A stretch of 64,000 bases of DNA, from IMG/VR virus record IMGVR_UViG_3300042691_022450. One strand, 5' to 3'. Below are positions 32,882-39,880 of the stretch, in pieces (within the stretch, counting starts at the first letter, position 1; each line of letters opens with the position of its first letter). Under the pieces are notes generated by a model. It saw only the letters and a list, made by a program, of their open reading frames with translations, was not told where the DNA came from and did no database searches. This DNA comes from a virus. The translations under genes were made by a program, and so were the position numbers.

Positions 32882-33224
32882 GCGAGTATGGTGGAATCGG
32901 TAGACACACCAGACTTATGAAAATTGAGCCTCATTTGGGAAACCTTATGAGTGTAATTCCTCAAATTCGGTGAAACCTGTAAAATGGCAATACCGAGCGA
33001 AGTTGCAAGACAGTTGGAAAGACAACGGCTACCCAATGTGCTTCTAGAGAGGGTTGGAATTATCTAGAAAATGCAAAACGTGTAGAGACTAGACGGGGAA
33101 CACCTAAACTGAAAGGTATGGTGAAGGTATAGTCCAGACCACAAACCGAAAGGGTAGTGAAAACTATAGTGGTAAGAAAATCTGTTGGGCATTGCCCGTG
33201 GGAGTTCAAGTCTCCCTACTCGCA
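32882..33224 (+). tRNA. trnL: tRNA-Leu (TAA) split by a group I intron
   Basis: Exon 1 32882-32916 (...CCAGACTT), exon 2 33177-33224 (AAAATCTG...TACTCGCA). Confidence 0.9.
32917..33176 (+). ncRNA. Group I intron (260 nt, cyanobacterial/plastid trnL type)
   Basis: AATTGAGCC, CAAATTCGGTGAAACC, GTAGAGACT, GGTATAGTCC core elements; terminal G; inserted after U34. Confidence 0.9.
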
Positions 33225-33268
33225 CTTGCCCGAAAGGGCAAACACACATTATTTCAGTTATTAGTATT

Positions 33269-33853
33269 ATGATTGAACAGTTTATTTCCGATTTGAAAAC
33301 TATTCCCTCTGAGGAATATAAAAAATTCTTCATTCAAGCAAATAAAGTTGCTGCGATGTATCCCCTAAATGAAGGGATTGATTGTTTTGCTAGGGGTGAA
33401 TCAATTGAATTTGGATTCATTGAAACCTTCTCAAAATATATTGATATTAAAGCATCAGAAAAGAAAGAAAAAAATGACCCAGATGGTCTTTATCGCACAA
33501 AACATCTTTGGGATGCAAAAACGAAAAAATTTGGTTTGGAACCCCAAGAAAAGAAATCTTGGTTGATCAAATCAAAAACTTGGGATTTCAAAAAAACTCA
33601 GTCGGGAGTTTCTGAGTTCAAAACTAGGTCCGAATGGTTTGTTTTGATTGATCCTTGGACTCACCGACTTGCCGTTCTTGACGCAAAACTTCTGTTTTCT
33701 AAAAACTTTACTGAAGGTAAATCGAGAATTACTTTCTCAGTTTCTCAGGAAGATATTACAATGATTTATGATGGCATAAATGATGTAGAAGAAGTTAATG
33801 TTGTACCTGAGAGCAAAACTCTGCTAAAATACATTTGGGAACAAGCACAATAG
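33269..33853 (+). CDS. Putative PD-(D/E)xK nuclease
   Basis: PDG...WDAK motif; directly upstream of the methyltransferase. Confidence 0.45.
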   Translation: MIEQFISDLKTIPSEEYKKFFIQANKVAAMYPLNEGIDCFARGESIEFGFIETFSKYIDIKASEKKEKNDPDGLYRTKHLWDAKTKKFGLEPQEKKSWLIKSKTWDFKKTQSGVSEFKTRSEWFVLIDPWTHRLAVLDAKLLFSKNFTEGKSRITFSVSQEDITMIYDGINDVEEVNVVPESKTLLKYIWEQAQ

Positions 33854-33858
33854 ACTAA

Positions 33859-34698
33859 ATGAAACAATTTCCATTAAAGACAATGCTCCGTTATCCTGGA
33901 GGAAAGAGTAAAGCACTTAAAACTCTTGCTCCTTGGTTTCCTAGTGATTTCAAGGAGTTTAGGGAACCATTCTTGGGTGGTGGAAGCATTTCTTTAATGG
34001 TTTCACAGAACTATCCAAAAGTTCCTATTTGGGTAAATGATAAGTATTTTTATCTTTATAACTTTTGGATTCAACTCCGTGATAATGGACAAGTTCTTAA
34101 AGACAAATTAAGAGCAATCAAAGAAGAAGTGAATGGAGATGATGAAGCACATAAAGACTTGTTCAATCAGTATCAGAGTGACATTGAAACTCTTGAACCA
34201 TTAGAACAAGCAGTTGCTTTCTTTATTCTGAATAAGTGTTCTTATTCTGGTTTGACTGAGAATTCTACTTTCTCAGTTCAAGCATCACGTTCCAACTTCT
34301 CTTTGGTTGGAATTGATAAACTTCCAAAGTATTCTTATATTATCAAGAACTGGAAGATTACTAATATTGATTATGCCGAGGTAATGAATGACCGTGGTGA
34401 GGAAGTATTTGTATTTCTTGACCCACCTTATGATATCAAGGATTTCCTTTATGGAACTGGAAGGAAACTTCATTCATCATTCTCACACGAAAGATTTGCT
34501 GATGATGTAGATAAGTGCCCTCATCGTTTTATGATTACATATAATCTAAATGATTGGTTGCTGAATCGTTATAAAGAGTACAATTTGAATGAATGGAAAC
34601 TCCGATATTCAATGGTTCATCGTGGGGAAAAAGGAACTCAGGACAACGTTAAAACAGAATTGTTAGTTACAAACTATGTTCTGGATTCAGTTTTATAA
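33859..34698 (+). CDS. dam: DNA adenine methyltransferase (D12/Dam class)
   Basis: RYPGGKSK, EPFLGGGS, FLDPPY. Confidence 0.9.
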   Translation: MKQFPLKTMLRYPGGKSKALKTLAPWFPSDFKEFREPFLGGGSISLMVSQNYPKVPIWVNDKYFYLYNFWIQLRDNGQVLKDKLRAIKEEVNGDDEAHKDLFNQYQSDIETLEPLEQAVAFFILNKCSYSGLTENSTFSVQASRSNFSLVGIDKLPKYSYIIKNWKITNIDYAEVMNDRGEEVFVFLDPPYDIKDFLYGTGRKLHSSFSHERFADDVDKCPHRFMITYNLNDWLLNRYKEYNLNEWKLRYSMVHRGEKGTQDNVKTELLVTNYVLDSVL

Positions 34699-34726
34699 AT
34701 AAATTATATAAAACTATAAAAAACCA

Positions 34727-35341
34727 ATGAACTATAAGGACCTTCAGAACATTTCTTATCTTTCGCATCAAATTCTTACAGAAGCTTCTTCTGAGGAGCA
34801 CAATGTAATGAATCGTTGGCCTTATGCTTCTCCTTATCTTCAAGAGGAAAGAGCACCTGGTGTAAAACCTTACAAACCTGGTGTACCACCTATGTCTTAT
34901 TCTAAAGCAAAACCACCTTCAGGTGAAAAGGGAGATGGAAGTGGATATGGTGCTGACAAGAAATTTACTCAAGATACTGACGCAAAGTCATTTAGACCTG
35001 GTGTAGATGTTCCAAAAGTAAAGAAATTTGGTAGAATTTCAAGAATCATTCCTCACGGTATTGGTGATCACGCAAATAGAACTCAGTCAAGAGTTTCTAC
35101 AATCGTTGGAAAGGACCCTGGAGCACCAAAATCGGAAAAAATGCCACAGGAAAAGAAAAAGCCAAGTCGTGAAATTATCCGTAAAGGTAAGCAAGAAGAA
35201 AGTTTTGACCTTTATGACTTAGTTCTCGCACATCTCCTTGATGAAGGTTATGCTGATACTCAAGAACAAGCAGAAGCAATTATGGTGAATATGAGTGAAG
35301 GATGGGTTGATGCCATCGTTGATTCTTATATTCAAGGATGA
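34727..35341 (+). CDS. Putative internal head protein (LLDEGYA family)
   Basis: Late promoter 34694-701; DLYDLVLAHLLDEGYA..MSEGW. Confidence 0.55.
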   Translation: MNYKDLQNISYLSHQILTEASSEEHNVMNRWPYASPYLQEERAPGVKPYKPGVPPMSYSKAKPPSGEKGDGSGYGADKKFTQDTDAKSFRPGVDVPKVKKFGRISRIIPHGIGDHANRTQSRVSTIVGKDPGAPKSEKMPQEKKKPSREIIRKGKQEESFDLYDLVLAHLLDEGYADTQEQAEAIMVNMSEGWVDAIVDSYIQG

Positions 35342-35414
35342 TAATTTGACAATTTTAAACTAATAGTTTAAAATTACATATATAAATAATAATTATTTTA
35401 TTTTTATAACAATT

Positions 35415-35612
35415 ATGTCTGATACTGTAAATCAAATTGCTTCTGTTTTTGAAACTTGGAAACAAGAAGATGAGAAGTTTGAAACTGGAAATAGTTCTGC
35501 TGGAACTAGAGCAAGGAAAGCTCTGCAAGAAATTGCAAAACTTGCAAAGACTCGTAGAGCAGAAATCTCCGAAGTAAAGAATGCTAAAAAAGCAGAAAAA
35601 GTTGCTTCTTGA
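35415..35612 (+). CDS. Histone H1-like (Hc1-family) protein
   Basis: KFETGNSSAGTRARKALQEIAKLAKTRRAEI; late promoter 35381. Confidence 0.75.
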   Translation: MSDTVNQIASVFETWKQEDEKFETGNSSAGTRARKALQEIAKLAKTRRAEISEVKNAKKAEKVAS

Positions 35613-35641
35613 CCTTATAAATAAAACAACGACTTAAAACA

Positions 35642-35740
35642 ATGACTAACCTTCATACACAACCTAAGAGTGATTATCCGATGAACTGCTGGTTTATTGG
35701 AGAGACCCTCTTGGTTGCGAATATGGTAAGTCAAAGTTAA
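35642..35740 (+). CDS. Putative attenuator leader peptide (32 aa, 19 different amino acids)
   Basis: MTNLHTQPKSDYPMNCWFIGETLLVANMVSQS*; late promoter TATAAATA 35616-23; overlaps an antiterminator stem. Confidence 0.6.
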   Translation: MTNLHTQPKSDYPMNCWFIGETLLVANMVSQS

Positions 35741-35763
35741 AAGAACAAACCATAAAAGCAATG

Positions 35764-35798
35764 AAGAGGGAGAATCCAAAAGATTCTCCCTCTTTTTT
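35764..35798 (+). terminator. Intrinsic terminator (attenuator) upstream of tRNA operon
   Basis: AAGAGGGAGAATC-caaaa-GATTCTCCCTCTT-TTTT. Confidence 0.85.
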
Positions 35799-35962
35799 AT
35801 GCCTTGTGCCAGTTGAGCAACTGGTCGTATGATTTGCCACCAGGGTCCAAACTCTGGTATATTACTTGAGTCGGTGGGGGAACGAGACCCCAAATGCCTG
35901 GGACCACTTCTGGAACTGGCACAACCCACTTGCCCCGCAACGGGTTCTGTGGTATTCTTAAA

Positions 35963-36001
35963 GGGTGGTTGAGAGACCACCAGCACCTTGACAACTGAAT
36001 A
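35963..36001 (+). promoter_or_regulatory. boxB/boxA-like antitermination leader
   Basis: GGTGGT-tgagag-ACCACC hairpin followed by GCACCTTGACAACTGAATA, similar to cyanobacterial rrn boxA. Confidence 0.45.
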
Positions 36002-36015
36002 ATTACCACATTATT

Positions 36016-36087
36016 GGGACATTAACTCAGCGGAAGAGTATCCGGCTTTTAACCGGTTAGTCCTCGGTTCGAATCCGAGATGTCCCA
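36016..36087 (+). tRNA. tRNA-Lys (TTT)
   Basis: CCGG-CTTTTAA-CCGG cloverleaf. Confidence 0.9.
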
Positions 36088-36091
36088 TCGT

Positions 36092-36182
36092 GGGAGAGTG
36101 GCTACTGTTGGCAATATGTGTAGCGGAAGTCTGTAAAACTTTTACATCGGAACCATCGGGGGTTCAATTCCCTCCTCTCTCA
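36092..36182 (+). tRNA. tRNA-Tyr (GTA)
   Basis: GAAGT-CTGTAAA-ACTTT; long D-loop. Confidence 0.8.
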
Positions 36183-36186
36183 CCTT

Positions 36187-36258
36187 GGCCCTATAGTGAA
36201 GTGGTTATCACGCATCTCTGTCCAAGATGTATCACGAGTTCAAATCTCGTTAGGGTCG
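36187..36258 (+). tRNA. tRNA-Asp (GTC)
   Basis: CATCT-CTGTCCA-AGATG. Confidence 0.9.
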
Positions 36259-36261
36259 CCT

Positions 36262-36333
36262 GGTCTCGTCGTCTAATGGTTAGGACGTTGCTCTTTCACA
36301 GCAAAAACGAGGGTTCAAATCCCTTCGAGACTA
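36262..36333 (+). tRNA. tRNA-Glu (TTC)
   Basis: TTGCT-CTTTCAC-AGCAA. Confidence 0.9.
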
Positions 36334-36337
36334 CCTT

Positions 36338-36411
36338 GGGAACATAGCTCCAATTGGTAGAGCACAGGATTGAAGATCTTGGTGTTGTCGGTTCAAATCC
36401 GACTGTTCCCG
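36338..36411 (+). tRNA. tRNA-Phe (GAA)
   Basis: CAGGA-TTGAAGA-TCTTG. Confidence 0.9.
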
Positions 36412-36414
36412 CTT

Positions 36415-36569
36415 GCCCTTGCCGTTGGGACGGTGAAATAGGGTTCAATTTGACAAAGTAGTTTTAGATAGGTGTGCTGAACCCACACTGATAAGATTCC
36501 CCTCGTAAGGGTACTTCTTGTACGAAACCTCAAGTCTATTGAGAGTGGGATCATTCCCCACCAAGGGCA
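36415..36569 (+). ncRNA. 155-nt structured RNA with tRNA-like ends
   Basis: Acceptor-like GCCCTTG/CAAGGGC-A; T-arm-like GTGGG-ATCATTC-CCCAC; internal GGGTTCA/TGAACCC pairing. Confidence 0.6.
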
Positions 36570-36574
36570 CATAA

Positions 36575-36646
36575 TGGAATATAACTCAGTGGTAGAGTGC
36601 TGTGCTGATAACGCAGAAGTCGTGAGTTCAAATCTCACTATTCCAA
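36575..36646 (+). tRNA. tRNA-Ile (GAT)
   Basis: CTGTG-CTGATAA-CGCAG. Confidence 0.9.
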
Positions 36647-36697
36647 TTGTTGCCTTCGGGCAACATAAAACCCTTATGGGTTGCTTCAAGACAACAT

Positions 36698-36785
36698 AGA
36701 AAGGTGACCGAGAGGCTTAAGGTAGAAGTTTGCTAAACTTCCGAGGGAGAATATCCCTCCGAGGGTTCGAATCCCTCCCTTTCTG
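36698..36785 (+). tRNA. tRNA-Ser (GCT)
   Basis: GAAGT-TTGCTAA-ACTTC, long variable arm. Confidence 0.9.
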
Positions 36786-36787
36786 CT

Positions 36788-36859
36788 GGCAGTATAGCTG
36801 AGTGGTAAAGCACATCATTCATACCGATGCGACCGTGGGTTCAATTCCCACTACTGCCT
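36788..36859 (+). tRNA. tRNA-Met (CAT)
   Basis: CATCA-TTCATAC-CGATG. Confidence 0.8.
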
Positions 36860-36860
36860 T

Positions 36861-36932
36861 GTGTCATTATCCTAGTGGTTAAGGAACCAGTTTGTGAAAC
36901 TGGGTAGATGAGTTCAAATCTCATATGGCACC
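36861..36932 (+). tRNA. tRNA-His (GTG)
   Basis: CCAGT-TTGTGAA-ACTGG, C73. Confidence 0.85.
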
Positions 36933-36934
36933 CC

Positions 36935-37006
36935 GCCCTTATAGCTCAGTGGTAGAGCAACTCACTAGTAATGAGTAGGTCGTTGGTTCAAATCCGACTG
37001 AGGGCT
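36935..37006 (+). tRNA. tRNA-Thr (AGT)
   Basis: ACTCA-CTAGTAA-TGAGT. Confidence 0.85.
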
Positions 37007-37039
37007 CTTAACTATCTGGAATTTCCAGATAGTTCAAAT

Positions 37040-37110
37040 GTGTCTGTCGCCAAGTGGTAAGGCAGGAGTCTGCAAAACTCTTATCGTCAGTTCGATTCTG
37101 ACCAGACACT
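37040..37110 (+). tRNA. tRNA-Cys (GCA)
   Basis: GGAGT-CTGCAAA-ACTCT, U73. Confidence 0.9.
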
Positions 37111-37115
37111 CCTAC

Positions 37116-37187
37116 TCCAGAATCGACTAACAGGCAGGTCAACACACTTTGAATGTGTTTGTCTAGGTTCGAATCCTAGTTCTGGAA
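37116..37187 (+). tRNA. tRNA-Gln (TTG)
   Basis: ACACA-CTTTGAA-TGTGT. Confidence 0.85.
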
Positions 37188-37190
37188 CTT

Positions 37191-37263
37191 GTCCGTGTAG
37201 CCCAACGGAAGAGGCACTATCTTGAGGGGGTAGGTGTTGGAGGTTCAAATCCTCTCACGGACA
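37191..37263 (+). tRNA. tRNA-Leu (GAG)
   Basis: CTATC-TTGAGGG-GGTAG; short variable loop. Confidence 0.8.
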
Positions 37264-37266
37264 TAT

Positions 37267-37344
37267 GCTGGTGTAGCCCAATCGGCAGGAGGCAGCAGAT
37301 TCAAAATCTGAACAGTGTGGGTTCAAATCCCTCCACCAGTACCA
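37267..37344 (+). tRNA. tRNA-Leu (CAA)
   Basis: CAGA-TTCAAAA-TCTG; CCA encoded. Confidence 0.85.
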
Positions 37345-37345
37345 T

Positions 37346-37418
37346 ATCAGAGTAGCTCAATTGGTAGAGCAGTGGTCTCCAAAACTAAAGGTTGCGGGTT
37401 CAAGTCCTGTCTCTGATG
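37346..37418 (+). tRNA. tRNA-Trp (CCA)
   Basis: TGGT-CTCCAAA-ACTA, G73. Confidence 0.85.
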
Positions 37419-37422
37419 CCTT

Positions 37423-37457
37423 GTCCTCTTAACTCAGTGGAATAGAGTAAAGGACGC
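37423..37457 (+). pseudogene. tRNA remnant (acceptor and D arm only; probably Arg)
   Basis: GTCCTCT-TA-ACTC-AGTGGAATA-GAGT fused directly to AAAGGAC-G; anticodon and T arms missing. Confidence 0.6.
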
Positions 37458-37572
37458 TTGACATTCAATTGAATGTCATATATACTATTGATAGAGGTTA
37501 AGTCCCTGTTATATCCTTATGAGATATATCACACTTAATCCATCAAACACACAAACACACAGGAGTAAAAGA

Positions 37573-37776
37573 ATGTCACCTTACGAACTACGATTTGAGA
37601 TTTTTAAGCAAGCATATGCATTTGCTAACGATAAGTTTAGCATTGAGTATGATACTGCCCGTTGTTGGAATGAAAATTCTATGAATACGGTTAAGATGGA
37701 TTATCCAGATTTTCCTACATATGAGTATATTGAGCAACTTGCAGAGAAAATCAATAACTTTGTAAGTTCTAAATGA
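37573..37776 (+). CDS. Conserved small phage protein
   Basis: AGGAG RBS; MSPYELRFEIFKQA...AEKINNFVSSK. Confidence 0.7.
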   Translation: MSPYELRFEIFKQAYAFANDKFSIEYDTARCWNENSMNTVKMDYPDFPTYEYIEQLAEKINNFVSSK

Positions 37777-37815
37777 TAAAATAGGGTGATAACACCCTTT
37801 AAAGATAGATTATAA

Positions 37816-37902
37816 GGAAGGTCAATCCGATTGGTGACGGAACCGCTCTTGAAAAGCGTTGAGGTGTTAAAGCCCTTGGGAGTTCGACTCTCCCACCTTC
37901 CG
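37816..37902 (+). tRNA. tRNA-Ser (TGA)
   Basis: CGCT-CTTGAAA-AGCG, long variable arm. Confidence 0.9.
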
Positions 37903-37923
37903 TTGCTTCTTATGAAGCATAAT

Positions 37924-37995
37924 GCCCTTGTAGCTCAGTGGTAGAGCAATGGTTTTGTAAACCATTGGTCGCAAGTTCAAATCTTGTCGGGGGCT
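37924..37995 (+). tRNA. tRNA-Thr (TGT)
   Basis: ATGGT-TTTGTAA-ACCAT. Confidence 0.9.
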
Positions 37996-38031
37996 TGACA
38001 GAATTTCGATTCTGTCTTACAATCAAATAAT

Positions 38032-38106
38032 GCGAAATTAATTCAGCGGTAGAATGTCTGCCTTCCAAGCAGAACGTCAGGAGTTCGAATCTCCTATTTC
38101 GCTCCA
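38032..38106 (+). tRNA. tRNA-Gly (TCC)
   Basis: TCTGC-CTTCCAA-GCAGA; TCCA end. Confidence 0.9.
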
Positions 38107-38181
38107 GGGTGATTAACTCAGTGGTAGAGTTTCTCGTTTACACCGAGACAGTCGGGGGTTCGAATCCCTCATCACCCACCA
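38107..38181 (+). tRNA. tRNA-Val (TAC)
   Basis: TCTCG-TTTACAC-CGAGA; ACCA end. Confidence 0.9.
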
Positions 38182-38255
38182 CGGGATGTAGCTCAACTTG
38201 GTAGAGTGCTTGATTTGGGTTCAAGATGTTGCAGGTTCAAATCCTGTCATCCCGA
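38182..38255 (+). tRNA. tRNA-Pro (TGG)
   Basis: CTTGA-TTTGGGT-TCAAG; C1:G72. Confidence 0.9.
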
Positions 38256-38611
38256 CTTGGAGAATCTAAATACCTCCAAACACTACAAAATCATTATGTC
38301 ACTGATTTCACAAAAAGACAGAACGATTGCCATTGAGGCACTAGACTTTTATCTATTCAATAAGAAATTTGATCTTACTGAAGAAAAAAGAATGGAACTT
38401 AATGCACTTCTGAATTGGATTAAAATCGAATACAATAAACATGAAAATTAATCTTTGGCACTGTAAAGAAATGAATCAATGGAGATGGACTTTATGTGAA
38501 GATTCTCGTCCAATTGTTAAACAAGAATCAGGTCAAAGAGAAAATTTACGAGATGCTATGAATGACGTAGTAAATACAGTTGAGTATTTAATGAATACTT
38601 GACATTCTTAT

Positions 38612-38684
38612 TCCAGATGACCGAGCAAGCGAACGGGCCCGACTGTTAATCGGAGATTGGTAGGGGCAGTACCTACATCTGGAG
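38612..38684 (+). tRNA. tRNA-Asn (GTT)
   Basis: CCGA-CTGTTAA-TCGG; atypical T-loop GGCAGTA. Confidence 0.75.
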
Positions 38685-38685
38685 T

Positions 38686-38733
38686 TTCTAACCTCTAAAA
38701 TATTATAAATAATAATAAAGTTGGAGGTTAGAA
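38686..38733 (+). promoter_or_regulatory. RBS-sequestering hairpin with late promoter in its loop
   Basis: TTCTAACCTCTAA...TATAAATA(38704-11)...TTGGAGGTTAGAA-TG. Confidence 0.75.
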
Positions 38734-39278
38734 TGTCTGGTAAATCAGTTGTTGAATTTCGTCAAAGAAGAAAAAGATGGGCAGTTGAAGCATTTGGTGG
38801 AAAATGTGGTATTTGTGGTTATGATAAGTGTGTTGAAGCATTAGATTTTCACCACATAGACCCAAATGAAAAAGATTTTTCTATAACTGCATCTGTAGCA
38901 AACAGACAAGTATTTGTTGAAGAACTTAAAAAGTGTGTTTGTTTATGTTCTAACTGCCATCGTGAAGTTCATTCTGGAATTACAAAAATCCCAGATAATG
39001 TTCTAAAATTTGATGAAAGTTTTTCCAATAAACCTGTTCCAGAAAAACCAAAGCACCCTTGTAAAGAGTGTGGGAAACTAACAATCATTACTCAAACTTT
39101 TTGTTCAGTAAAATGTTCTCATAAAAGCAGAGAAGTTGTTGATTGGCCAACTAATCAAGAATTACAAAAATTAGTTCTTGAGAATGGTTATCGTTCTACT
39201 GGAAGAATGTTTGGAGTTAGTGATAATGCTGTTAGAAAAAGGTTAAATAAATTATCCAAATATCGTGGGGAAGTGTAA
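38733..39278 (+). CDS. HNH homing endonuclease
   Basis: CGICGY..LDFHHIDP..KCVCLCSNCHREVH; zinc ribbon; C-terminal HTH; 3' end overlaps tRNA-fMet. Confidence 0.85.
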   Translation: MSGKSVVEFRQRRKRWAVEAFGGKCGICGYDKCVEALDFHHIDPNEKDFSITASVANRQVFVEELKKCVCLCSNCHREVHSGITKIPDNVLKFDESFSNKPVPEKPKHPCKECGKLTIITQTFCSVKCSHKSREVVDWPTNQELQKLVLENGYRSTGRMFGVSDNAVRKRLNKLSKYRGEV

Positions 39279-39338
39279 AGGTTGCACAGAAGTCTCATAA
39301 GCTTCAGGTTGGTGGTTCGATTCCACCCCCCGCCACCA
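39264..39338 (+). tRNA. tRNA-fMet (CAT)
   Basis: C1 mismatch; GAAGT-CTCATAA-GCTTC; ACCA end. Confidence 0.8.
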
Positions 39339-39341
39339 AAT

Positions 39342-39415
39342 GCCCATATACTCCAACTGGCAGAGAGGGTGGACTTAGAATCCATACAGTGTAGGTTCGA
39401 CTCCTATTATGGGCA
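39342..39415 (+). tRNA. tRNA-Leu (TAG)
   Basis: GTGGA-CTTAGAA-TCCAT. Confidence 0.85.
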
Positions 39416-39419
39416 CCTA

Positions 39420-39492
39420 GGGGTCTTAGCTCAATTGGTAGAGCATTTGCTTTGCAAGCAAGAGGTTAGGGGTTCGAGTCCCCTAGATTCCA
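39420..39492 (+). tRNA. tRNA-Ala (TGC)
   Basis: G3:U70; TTGC-TTTGCAA-GCAA. Confidence 0.9.
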
Positions 39493-39494
39493 TT

Positions 39495-39740
39495 GTCCAA
39501 GAGGATAAGAAGTCTGATGTTTCGGACGGGGTTTCGATTACCCCCATCTCCATTACTTGGGGGTGCCAGGTTTCGACGGGGCATAAAGGTCTTATCTGTT
39601 GACGGGACAAGAAAACAAACGCAAACAAAATTGTTGCTTTCTCTCGTCAAACCGCATTGGTTTGAACTAAACGAGTGAGGGGGTTATAAGTTTCCTTCTT
39701 ACCCAAAACTTACAAGGAGGTGTAATGCCTCCTATTTTTG
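39495..39740 (+). ncRNA. ssrA: Permuted two-piece tmRNA (cyanobacterial type); outer ends approximate
   Basis: 3' module GACGGGGTTTCGATTACCCCCATCTCCA precedes 5' module GGGGGTGCCAGGTTTCGACGGGG; G3:U70; tag ANKIVAFSRQTALV* at 39621-39665. Confidence 0.85.
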
Positions 39741-39821
39741 TGCCTTGTGCCAATATAAGGACTGGCACAAGGCACTTGACATTCCGTCAAAACTTTGTTA
39801 TGATGAATAAGTACTCGATAA

Positions 39822-39880
39822 AAGATCAGGCAGCAATACAATACATTTTCCTTTCAAGAAAACCCATAAAAACTGATCTT
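39822..39880 (+). ncRNA. CAGCAA stem-loop RNA 1 (Glu anticodon-arm mimic)
   Basis: AAGATCAG-g-CAGCAA...TTTTC-CTTTCAA-GAAAA...CTGATCTT; TTGACA-17-TATGAT promoter at 39776-39804. Confidence 0.7.

Noticed and set aside
33064-33268. N-terminal extension of ORF 33185 and minus ORF 33064
   Set aside because: They overlap tRNA-Leu exon 2 and the intron; ATG 33269 is the plausible start.
36470-36535. Active hammerhead ribozyme (CTGATAAG...CGAAAC)
   Set aside because: A replaces conserved G8, the cleavage triplet would end in G, and stem II is not well formed.
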